From the NCBI GenBank assembly GCA_031422255.1, contig JANOQG010000062.1, positions 12,032-36,031 on the forward strand: a stretch of DNA of 24,000 nt, written 5' to 3'. The DNA is from Actinomycetes bacterium (GTDB lineage Bacteria > Actinomycetota > Acidimicrobiia > Acidimicrobiales > VFJN01). Shown here piece by piece: positions 7,820 to 14,911 of the stretch. A model generated the notes under the pieces. It was not told where the DNA came from and made no database searches. It saw only the letters and a program-made list of their open reading frames with translations. The position numbers and the translations under genes were made by a program. Numbering within the stretch: the stretch's first letter is position 1; each line of letters begins with the position of its first letter.

Positions 7820-7835
7820 TGTGATATCGGGCACA
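7820..7835 (-). promoter_or_regulatory. CRP/GlxR-type palindrome upstream of rpf
   Basis: The minus strand reads TGTGCCCGATATCACA, matching the TGTGA-N6-TCACA consensus at 9 of 10 positions. It sits inside the longer palindrome CATGTG...CACATG (7818-7837). The site lies in the only visibly AT-richer stretch of the window, directly upstream of a -10-like CAGAAT (minus strand, 7815-7810). Confidence 0.45.
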
Positions 7836-7848
7836 TGACAGAAGACAA

Positions 7849-7866
7849 GGGGTGGAGCAACACCCC
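7849..7866 (-). terminator. possible intrinsic terminator after the acyl-CoA dehydrogenase gene
   Basis: The minus strand reads GGGGUG-UUGCUC-CACCCC followed by the U-rich UUGUCUUCUGU. It starts 27 nt downstream of the stop at 7893. Confidence 0.4.
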
Positions 7867-7892
7867 ACGTGTCAAATCCTGCGCCGACTCTG

Positions 7893-10088
7893 TCAGCGAT
7901 TACGGGGCAAACCGAGGCCGCGGCCGCTGATGATCTCTCGCTGGACCTCGCTCGAGCCGCCGTAGATCGTCGTCACAACGGAATGCCGGAACGCATGCTC
8001 CACCAGGCCGCCCAGGACGCTGCCCGGCTCGCCGCCGGGCACCAGCCCCGCCGTCCCGAGCACCTCGAGAAGGGCCGATGACGCCCGCACGAAGGCCTCG
8101 GTGAGGACCAGCTTGGCCATCGAGCCCTCCACCTGGGGCATCTCGCCCAGGGAGGACAGCCACGCTGACCGGAACAGCAGGAGGCGGCCGGCCTCGAGCT
8201 CGGTGGAGGCTCGAGCCAGCACGCCGCGCACGGCGGGGTCATCGAAGGGCCGGGCGCCGTGCGCGTCGGGCTCACGGGCCCAGTCGGCCATCGATTCCAC
8301 GAGCCGGTTCGGCTCGCCCCAGTTGGCGGAGTTGCGTTCGTAGACCAGGGCGGCGTGCATGACCGACCACCCGGCGTCCACCTCGCCGACCCGTGCTGCG
8401 TCGGGCACGCGCACATCGCTGTAGAAGGTGATGTTGGTGCGCTCCCCACCCATGGTCTCAACGGGGGTGATCTCGATGCCCGGCGTGTCCACGGGGACCA
8501 GGAACATGGTGAGACCCTTGTGCTTCGGCACGTCTGGGTTCGACCGGGCCAGCAGGAAGACGTAGTGCGCCTCCTGGGCCATCGTCGTGAACATCTTCTG
8601 GCCTTCGATCACCCAGTCGTCGCCATCCCGCGTGGCTTTGGTGGCCACTGCGGCAACATCGGAACCGGCATCGGGCTCGCTGTAGCCGAGGCAGCACATC
8701 ACCTCGCCGGCCAGGATCCGGGGAAGAATCGCAGTCTTCTGCTCGTCGGTGCCACAGACGAGGAGGGTGGCGCCGACCATGGCGGCGATGTTGAGGCCGT
8801 CGATCGGAGCGCCGGAGCCGTAGAGCTCTTGCATCAGCACGCACTGGTCGATGGCGCTGCGGCCAAGCCCACCGAACTCGACCGGCCAACCGGCCGCGAG
8901 GTAACCCTCCTCGCACAGTGCGCGGTGGAAGCCCCAATCGTGCATGGTGCCGGTGGCGTGCGCTCGATCGATGATCGCTGCGATGGGTTGTCCGGCGATG
9001 AACGAGCGCACCTCCGACCGGAACGCCTCGGTCTCGGGCTCAAGGCGGAAGTCCATCCCCGCCCTCGTGGGGCGCGCTGCGGTGAGGACCTCGGCCGACG
9101 ACGCTGGTGCACCCCACCGGTGCTCGGCGATGACCTGGAGCTCGTGGCGCGGGTCCCCGAGCAGGAGCCGTGTGGCCTTCGCCCGACGGACGTGGAGCTG
9201 TACGTCGTACTCGAGCATGAAGCCGTAGCCGCCGTGCACGTGAAGGCTGAAGCCGGCCGCTTCGTCGGCGATCTCCCCGCACCACCACGAGGCCTGGGCG
9301 GCCAAGCCCGGAGCCGTGGGCTCGCCTTCGTCGAGGGCCCAGATCGCTTCAAAGGCAAGCAAGCGACTGCTCTCGACCCGTGCGTGCAGGTCGGCAAAGC
9401 GATGTTGGATCGTCTGGAAGGAGGCGATCGGGACGCCGAACTGGTGGCGATCCTTCGCGTACTGCACGCCGACATCGAGCGTGGCCCGGCTCAATCCGGC
9501 CTGAGCCACGGCGGTGAGGGCGCGCCATTCGTCCACGGCGAGGGCGTAGGCCGCCGCCACCTCGGGGCCGGAGGCGAGCACGCCGCCGATTGCGGCGTCG
9601 ACCTCCGCGAGAGCGAGCCCGGCCAGGCCCTTGATCGCCGGGCCGGCGTTGGCCAGGACGAGTGCTGGCGCGTCGTGGGCGACGATGATGTCGGCCACGG
9701 CCGCATACGCGGTGATCGACGGACCTGGGCCGGTGGCGAGGCGGAGGGTGGCCGAAGCGCCGCCGACGATCCGGGCCAGCGGCTCCGCTACGCCCAGGCG
9801 GGCCAGGAGTCGGGCAACGACGGCGGTCTCGACGAGTGGCACGGACCCGAGGTGCGCACCATGCACCTCAACGGCCACCGCCAGATCGGTAAGCGATGCG
9901 CCCGCTCCTCCCTGGTTCTCGGGCACGGTCATGGCGGGCAGGCCCATCTGCACGACCGCATCCCACAGGACGGGGTCGATCCCGCTTGCCTCGGCCTCTC
10001 GCACCCGATCGCCGTGTGATTCCTTGGCGTAGAGACGGGTGGCGGCCTCCCGCAGCGCGTCCTGATCCGGGGTGAGGGAGAGGTCCAT
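7893..10088 (-). CDS. fused two-module acyl-CoA dehydrogenase (beta-like N-module plus alpha-like FAD-binding C-module, FadE-type)
   Basis: The ORF is 7893..10193. The codons before ATG 10088 have A/T-rich third positions, so I place the start at MDLSLTPDQ. The N-module ends in HGGYGFMLEYDVQLHVRRAKATRLLLGDP. The C-module starts at MDFRLEPETEAFRSEV (ATG 9056) and carries LGYSEPDAGSD, WVIEGQKMFTT and TIYGGSSEVQREII. Confidence 0.85.
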   Translation of the reverse strand: MDLSLTPDQDALREAATRLYAKESHGDRVREAEASGIDPVLWDAVVQMGLPAMTVPENQGGAGASLTDLAVAVEVHGAHLGSVPLVETAVVARLLARLGVAEPLARIVGGASATLRLATGPGPSITAYAAVADIIVAHDAPALVLANAGPAIKGLAGLALAEVDAAIGGVLASGPEVAAAYALAVDEWRALTAVAQAGLSRATLDVGVQYAKDRHQFGVPIASFQTIQHRFADLHARVESSRLLAFEAIWALDEGEPTAPGLAAQASWWCGEIADEAAGFSLHVHGGYGFMLEYDVQLHVRRAKATRLLLGDPRHELQVIAEHRWGAPASSAEVLTAARPTRAGMDFRLEPETEAFRSEVRSFIAGQPIAAIIDRAHATGTMHDWGFHRALCEEGYLAAGWPVEFGGLGRSAIDQCVLMQELYGSGAPIDGLNIAAMVGATLLVCGTDEQKTAILPRILAGEVMCCLGYSEPDAGSDVAAVATKATRDGDDWVIEGQKMFTTMAQEAHYVFLLARSNPDVPKHKGLTMFLVPVDTPGIEITPVETMGGERTNITFYSDVRVPDAARVGEVDAGWSVMHAALVYERNSANWGEPNRLVESMADWAREPDAHGARPFDDPAVRGVLARASTELEAGRLLLFRSAWLSSLGEMPQVEGSMAKLVLTEAFVRASSALLEVLGTAGLVPGGEPGSVLGGLVEHAFRHSVVTTIYGGSSEVQREIISGRGLGLPRNR

Positions 10089-10105
10089 GAACCCTTGCTC
10101 GCGTT

Positions 10106-10122
10106 TCTGACGGGGCGTCAGA
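10106..10122. promoter_or_regulatory. perfect 7-3-7 palindrome in a 58-bp divergent promoter region
   Basis: TCTGACG-GGG-CGTCAGA lies between the dehydrogenase start (10088, -) and the NIPSNAP-like start (10147, +). Confidence 0.35.
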
Positions 10123-10146
10123 CATTGTGCCATCATCGTCGCCGAC

Positions 10147-10827
10147 ATGGCAGATCGCGCTCCGCTGTACCTGCACGAGGTGATCGACATCACCGGGCGG
10201 GGCGGGAGGGCCTACATGGAGCACACGGTGGGCTTCGACGCTGACGCCACGACCGACCGCGGTCTGGACCTGCTCGGTACCTGGGAGGTGGTCGGCACCA
10301 CCGGCCGCTGGCCGCAGGTCGTCAACGTGTGGGAGATCGATGGCTGGGAGGGCTGGGCTCGGCTGGGGCAGACCACCAATGTGGCGAAGGCCAGCAACGT
10401 CGCGCTCGCTGCGTGGTGGGATGAGGCCTATCAGCGCCGCAGCGGCGGCTTCGACCGCCTCCTCCGGGGTGCCGACGGTTGTCCCACCAAGGCCGATCTA
10501 GCCAGCACTGGCACGCGAGGCACCTGGTTCGTCCATGAGCTCTCGGACGTGCGCCCTGGAGCCGGGGCTGAGTACCTCGCTGCCACCCTGGCCGAACGGG
10601 TGCCGGCCATGGCTGCCCGAGGGATCTCCCTCGTTGGGCTCTACGACAGCGTCTTCACTGACACCGAGGTGTGCACGATCTGGGCCGCCGATGTGGCCTC
10701 GCACACCAGCCTGCTGCGCGACGGCGATCCCTGGCCGGAACGCGCCCGCACCTGGTGCACCCGGTGGCGTGAAGAGCTCATGACGCCCGGCCCCGGTTCA
10801 CCCCTCGACGCTCAAGGAGCCCCCTGA
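10147..10827 (+). CDS. NIPSNAP-like (tandem dimeric alpha/beta-barrel) protein
   Basis: PLYLHEVIDITGRGGRAYMEHTV...LLGTWEVVGTTGRWPQVVNVWEIDGWEGWARL fits the NIPSNAP repeat pattern, and a second copy follows (WFVHELSDVRPGAGAEYL...LVGLYDSVFTDTEVCTIWAA). The stop overlaps the next start (TGATG). No SD is visible, so the transcript may be leaderless. Confidence 0.55.
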   Translation: MADRAPLYLHEVIDITGRGGRAYMEHTVGFDADATTDRGLDLLGTWEVVGTTGRWPQVVNVWEIDGWEGWARLGQTTNVAKASNVALAAWWDEAYQRRSGGFDRLLRGADGCPTKADLASTGTRGTWFVHELSDVRPGAGAEYLAATLAERVPAMAARGISLVGLYDSVFTDTEVCTIWAADVASHTSLLRDGDPWPERARTWCTRWREELMTPGPGSPLDAQGAP

Positions 10828-12056
10828 TGTCGACCCCCGCCCCCCTCGCCAGCGTGCGGATCATCGAGTGCTCGATGCTCGGACCCGGCGCCATCACCAC
10901 AACGCTGGCGGATCTCGGTGCCGATGTCGTGAAGGTGGAGCCGCCGTCGGGCGACTACATCCGCCAGATGACCTGGCCGATCGTGGAGGGGACGTCGCTG
11001 ATGCACCTCCACATCAGCCGGGGCAAGCGGTCGATCACGATCGACCTGCGCACCGAGGAAGGGCGGACGGTCTTCCTCGAGCTGGTGGCGCATGCGGACG
11101 CCGTGATCGAGGCCATGCGCCCGGGTGGCCTCGATCGGCGCGGGGTCGGCTACGAGGCGTGCCTGGCTGTGAACCCCCGCATCGTCTTCTGCACGATCTC
11201 GGGCTACGGGATGACCGGGCCCTACAAGGACATGCCGAGCCATGGCATCGCCTACGACACGTGGGCCGGACTCGTGGCCCCTGAGATCACCGAGGACGGC
11301 TTCTGCGCCATCCCCGAGCACCCGTCGGTGGGGATCCACGCGGGTCCGCTCTTCGGAGCGCTTGGCGTGCTGGCTGGGATCACTCGGGCCCGTGCCACCG
11401 GTGAGCCCTGCCGCTTGGAGATCGCCCAGTCCGATGCCAGCGCGGCCATGGACTGGCTCCGCAGCGAAACCTACAAGGCCTACGAGCGCCCCGAGTCCGA
11501 GGTCACTGGCAACAAGGCGGACAACTACGAACGCAGGGCGCCTGGGACGGCGGGCATGCGCGACGGCGTGCGCTACCAGTTCTACGAGTCGGCCGATGGG
11601 CACGTGCTGTTCATGGCATCGGAGCGCGAGTTCTGGGAGAACTTCTGCGTTGGCGTCGATCGCCCGGACCTCTTCGAGAAGCACCCGGGCTCCCAGTACG
11701 CGGACCACGCCCGCGGCAACAACGAGCTGCGAGCCGAGCTGGCGGAGATCTTCCGCTCCCGGACCACGGCCGAGTGGCTCGACCTCGCCAGCCGTGCCAA
11801 CACGCCCATCGCTCCGGTGAACACTCCCAAGACGCTGGCGGACGACCCGCAGTTCCAGGACCGCCTCCCGTGGATCCCCAAGGAGCAGGTGGGGTCCGAC
11901 CAGGTGCCATCGCCGATCAAGGTGATCGACGAGGAGATGGCCCTACCGACCAGGGCACCCGATGCCGGTCAGCACACCGAGGCCGTGCTGCGCGACGTTC
12001 TCGGTTACGACGAGGCTCGCATCGCCACTCTCCGAGCCGCGGGCGCGCTCGGCTAG
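10827..12056 (+). CDS. family III CoA-transferase (CaiB/BaiF; alpha-methylacyl-CoA racemase-like)
   Basis: AAGGAG SD lies 7 nt upstream. The N-terminal signature VRIIECSMLGPGAITTTLADLGADVVKVEPPSGDYIR and the overall length are typical of CoA_transf_3 proteins. Confidence 0.88.
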   Translation: MSTPAPLASVRIIECSMLGPGAITTTLADLGADVVKVEPPSGDYIRQMTWPIVEGTSLMHLHISRGKRSITIDLRTEEGRTVFLELVAHADAVIEAMRPGGLDRRGVGYEACLAVNPRIVFCTISGYGMTGPYKDMPSHGIAYDTWAGLVAPEITEDGFCAIPEHPSVGIHAGPLFGALGVLAGITRARATGEPCRLEIAQSDASAAMDWLRSETYKAYERPESEVTGNKADNYERRAPGTAGMRDGVRYQFYESADGHVLFMASEREFWENFCVGVDRPDLFEKHPGSQYADHARGNNELRAELAEIFRSRTTAEWLDLASRANTPIAPVNTPKTLADDPQFQDRLPWIPKEQVGSDQVPSPIKVIDEEMALPTRAPDAGQHTEAVLRDVLGYDEARIATLRAAGALG

Positions 12057-12742
12057 CGGAACGGCTCGACCAGCCAGCGTTGGAGGAGGTCGGCCTCGCG
12101 GTCTCGTCGTGACCAGAACAGGGCGTCGACGCCGAGACCCAGGTCGGCGAGGCCCTGCACGCGGCGGGTGAGGTTGTGCAGGTGCCTGCGGGCGGCCTGA
12201 CCCTCGACGGTGCCCGAACCCAACAGCAACGTCCAGTCGTCGAGGAACGGCCGCAGATCGCCGGATAGCTCGGCCATGGCCACGAGGAGGCGCCACGCGG
12301 GTTGGCCGGCGCGGGGCGGGTCGGACGCGAGGGTGGCGAGCCAGACCGCGGTGATCACATCCTCGATCGCCGACTGCTCGTCGGTCGACCAGGTGCGGGC
12401 CCCCGCCTGGCGGAGCTTGGAGAAGATCACTTCGGGAGGGCTCGCCAACGCCCCTGTCGCGAACAGCTCGAGCACGCGCGGCACCAGAGCCTGGAGATCC
12501 GCGCCGGTTCCCCAGGTGCTGATGGCGTGGGGAAGCCAGCGGTCGATGGCAGCGGCAGGGACCAGGTGCACGGGCCCACCGAGCGCTGAGACCTCGGCCG
12601 AGGTGACGTCGGGTCGTCGTACGATCATCGACGCGCCAAGTCGGTAGCTCTGGAACGACTCGTAGGTGCGCTCGACGGCGAGCGCGACGAGCTGGTGGAG
12701 CTGTGTCGTGTCAGCGGTGCTTGCGGTACCCACGGTCGCCAT
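12053..12742 (-). CDS. hypothetical cytoplasmic protein, last gene of the LPXTG operon
   Basis: The ORF has good G/C third-position bias but no motif I recognise. The start is uncertain (ATG 12742 or GTG 12733), and both candidates lie inside the 3' end of the upstream LPXTG gene. The stop shares the palindrome CTAG with the convergent CoA-transferase stop. Confidence 0.55.
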   Translation of the reverse strand: MATVGTASTADTTQLHQLVALAVERTYESFQSYRLGASMIVRRPDVTSAEVSALGGPVHLVPAAAIDRWLPHAISTWGTGADLQALVPRVLELFATGALASPPEVIFSKLRQAGARTWSTDEQSAIEDVITAVWLATLASDPPRAGQPAWRLLVAMAELSGDLRPFLDDWTLLLGSGTVEGQAARRHLHNLTRRVQGLADLGLGVDALFWSRRDREADLLQRWLVEPFR

Positions 12743-13913
12743 GATGGCCGATGGAGAGCAGGCGCCCGACCCACCTCGCCCTGTGGTCGACGAGCGTGCT
12801 CCCGATCAGCGCGAGACCGAGGCCGTAGAGCGCCCAGGTGATCGCATCGAGCCCGGTGCGAGGAAGGGTGGGGAGCGGCGGAGCGGGTGGCTCGCCGAGC
12901 CCGGCGACCGGTGGCGCCGTCGTCGTGGGCATGGTCGTGGTGCTGCTCGGAGGCGATGTGGTCGTGCTGGTGGTCGTGGTTGGGAGGGCGGTGGTCGTCG
13001 TAGTGCTCGCGGGGACGGTCGTGGTGGTCGTTGGGGTCGTGGTCGTAGTGGCTGGGGTCAGCGTCGTGATGAGTGCATCAGCGACGAGGCCGACCACCAC
13101 CGAGCGGGTCACGCGTTGGGCCGCGGTGCTCGATGCGCGCCACACGTCCAGGTCGAGGACGGGGACGATCGTCTGCGCTCGAACGCGGCGAGCGGCCGTT
13201 GACGGCCGAGCACGGACCGACGCGTTTCCGCTGGCATCGGTGGTGACCTCAGTGGTGTGCAGGCCGGCGCCAGGTCCGTCGAGCACGATCAGAACTCCTG
13301 GTACAGCCTGACCAGCGTCGTCGCGCACGGTCAGCCGCACCACGGTGTCGCCGTGGGCGTCGACGGGTGCGAGCTGGAGTGTGAGGTACAGCGCTCCCCG
13401 CAGCCCTCGGTGCGCGATCCCGTCGGCCTTCATGAGGCGTGCTCGGGCCAGCACCTCGGCCTCACGACCTTCGAATCCAGCCAGCTCGGCCGGCGTGAGG
13501 TGGTCGACGTCGAGACGCCCGCGCGGATAGTTCGCTCCCATGAGGTCGTGCAGCACGAGCATCAGGGCAGCGTGGGTGGTCCGGTCGTTCCCGTTGCCCC
13601 ATCGGCCCACGACCCACGCCATTGCCGTGCGCGTCTCGAGCGGAACCGCCGCGATGTCGGCGGAGACGTATCGAAGGACAGGATCCGGGGCGCGGATGCC
13701 GTGGTCGATGCACCACGCAAGGCCGAGCGGGCCCATGCCATAGGAGCCGTACCAGGAGGTGAAGCCGAGCACCGTGGCTTGGTACCCGTGCTGACGGGTG
13801 ACGGCCGCGTCGGCGGGGCCTGGGCCTGCTACCAGTAAGGCCGTGGCGGCAACGAGCGACGTGCACCCGGCTAGGAGGGTACGGGCCATCGAGGAGACAA
13901 CGGGTCCGGACAT
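12711..13913 (-). CDS. LPXTG-anchored cell-surface protein (N-terminal Cys-containing domain, Ig-like domain, Thr/Pro stalk)
   Basis: ATG 13913 has GGAGGA 5-6 nt upstream. The signal peptide is MSGPVVSSMARTLLAGCTSLVAATALLVAGPGPADA. The C-terminal sorting signal is LPRTG (12866-12852), a hydrophobic helix LDAITWALYGLGLALIGSTLV and the basic tail DHRARW...RKHR. The middle segment VRLTVRDDAGQAVPGVLIVLDG...TTDASGNASVRA looks like a prealbumin/Ig-like fold. Confidence 0.8.
   Translation of the reverse strand: MSGPVVSSMARTLLAGCTSLVAATALLVAGPGPADAAVTRQHGYQATVLGFTSWYGSYGMGPLGLAWCIDHGIRAPDPVLRYVSADIAAVPLETRTAMAWVVGRWGNGNDRTTHAALMLVLHDLMGANYPRGRLDVDHLTPAELAGFEGREAEVLARARLMKADGIAHRGLRGALYLTLQLAPVDAHGDTVVRLTVRDDAGQAVPGVLIVLDGPGAGLHTTEVTTDASGNASVRARPSTAARRVRAQTIVPVLDLDVWRASSTAAQRVTRSVVVGLVADALITTLTPATTTTTPTTTTTVPASTTTTTALPTTTTSTTTSPPSSTTTMPTTTAPPVAGLGEPPAPPLPTLPRTGLDAITWALYGLGLALIGSTLVDHRARWVGRLLSIGHHGDRGYRKHR
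12909..13064 (-). repeat. low-complexity Thr/Pro-rich stalk-coding region (ACC/ACG codon runs)
   Basis: It encodes TLTPATTTTTPTTTTTVPASTTTTTALPTTTTSTTTSPPSSTTTMPTTTAPP. On the plus strand this appears as reiterated ggtcgtggt / gtggtcgt units. Confidence 0.8.
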
Positions 13914-13930
13914 GGCAATCCTCCGCCCGC

Positions 13931-14806
13931 TCAACGGGGCCCACGCAGGGGCGTCTGCGAACCAGGTTCGAGGATCGCGCTGACTGCTTCGAGGAGGCGC
14001 GGGCCGAGGTCGCGGCCGAGCAGTGCGCACAGATCGGTGGCCAGCGTGGTGAGGGCCGGGTAGGCCCCGAGAGCCCAGCGCGCGTAGAACCCGTCGTCCA
14101 TCCAAGCGGCCACTTCGGCGGGTAGCGGGCCGTCAGGGAGTGCGAGCTGCTCGGCGGCGTGGCGGAGCGCGCTCCAGGTCCACTGACGGCTGTGTGCGGC
14201 GGCGGCCGAGGCGAACGCCGACAGACTGGCGGTCCCTTCGCCGCCGGTGGCCGGGTGCAGGGCCGTGAGTGCAGCAAGGTCGGCTGAGATAGCCCGGCGG
14301 CGCTCAGGTCGACCCCATTCGGTGAGCACTGCGTCGAGCCAGAGCGTGGCCCACAAGAGATCGGTGGACGCCGGTGCGGGGGGAGTGGGGACTCCCAGCA
14401 CCCGTCGGCAGAGATCGGCGATCGTGCCCATCGCCGGGCCTGTGAGCGGCGTGACCACATCGCCCGAGCGCAACACGGACGCTTCGGCTCCCTCGCGATC
14501 GATCAGGAAGGTGGTGGCGATCCCCTCGGTGACGCGCCCGGGGTCATCGAGGTGGTGGGCCCGGCCACGAGCACGGATCCCGAACGCCCACCACTCGGCT
14601 GGAGCGGTGAAGCCGGCCAGCAGCTGAAAGGGGTGCACTGCGACGTCGGAGGACTTGAGGCCGAGGGTCACCTCGCTGCGGGGTTCTTGCAGGTGGGCGA
14701 GCACGTGCCCTGGATCGTCGACGCAGACGTCGTCGATCACCAGGGCCACGGCCGCTAGGTGGTCCTGGTGATCGGAAGGGCGGGGGGAGGGGGCAGCGGA
14801 ACGCAT
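13931..14806 (-). CDS. hypothetical protein, first gene of the LPXTG operon
   Basis: The ORF is 13931..14869. I prefer ATG 14806 because GAGG lies 7 nt upstream, but ATG 14869 is possible. I recognise no domain. The stop is 17 nt upstream of the LPXTG gene start, and that gap contains the LPXTG gene's SD. Confidence 0.5.
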   Translation of the reverse strand: MRSAAPSPRPSDHQDHLAAVALVIDDVCVDDPGHVLAHLQEPRSEVTLGLKSSDVAVHPFQLLAGFTAPAEWWAFGIRARGRAHHLDDPGRVTEGIATTFLIDREGAEASVLRSGDVVTPLTGPAMGTIADLCRRVLGVPTPPAPASTDLLWATLWLDAVLTEWGRPERRRAISADLAALTALHPATGGEGTASLSAFASAAAAHSRQWTWSALRHAAEQLALPDGPLPAEVAAWMDDGFYARWALGAYPALTTLATDLCALLGRDLGPRLLEAVSAILEPGSQTPLRGPR

Positions 14807-14911
14807 CGGACACCTCACAGCGACGGTGGAGTCGGGGAGGCGATCCGAGGATCGCGAGGCCGCCAGCATGGCAGCCCGGGCTGGCGGCCGATAGAGGGTG
14901 GTTGGGTGCGG

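Noticed and set aside
8259-10019. 586-aa ORF antisense to the fused acyl-CoA dehydrogenase
   Set aside because: Same reasoning. It has low-complexity Gly/Arg/His/Asp composition and no domain, and the opposite strand has clear ACAD motifs and proper codon bias.
10089-10193. 35-codon extension of the dehydrogenase ORF (MMSITSCRYSG...)
   Set aside because: Third positions are A/T-rich there. The extension would also run into the divergent gene's start and bury the palindromic control element. ATG 10088 gives a typical ACAD N-terminus.
12909-13064. Reiterated ggtcgtggt-type units that might look like a tandem repeat or CRISPR-like array
   Set aside because: They are irregular Thr/Pro codon runs inside a coding sequence (the stalk of the surface protein). 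There is no fixed period and no unique spacers.
13914-14105. 64-codon extension of the LPXTG protein ORF
   Set aside because: It overlaps the upstream gene's 3' end and is Arg/Pro-rich. ATG 13913 has a strong GGAGGA SD and is followed directly by a canonical signal peptide.
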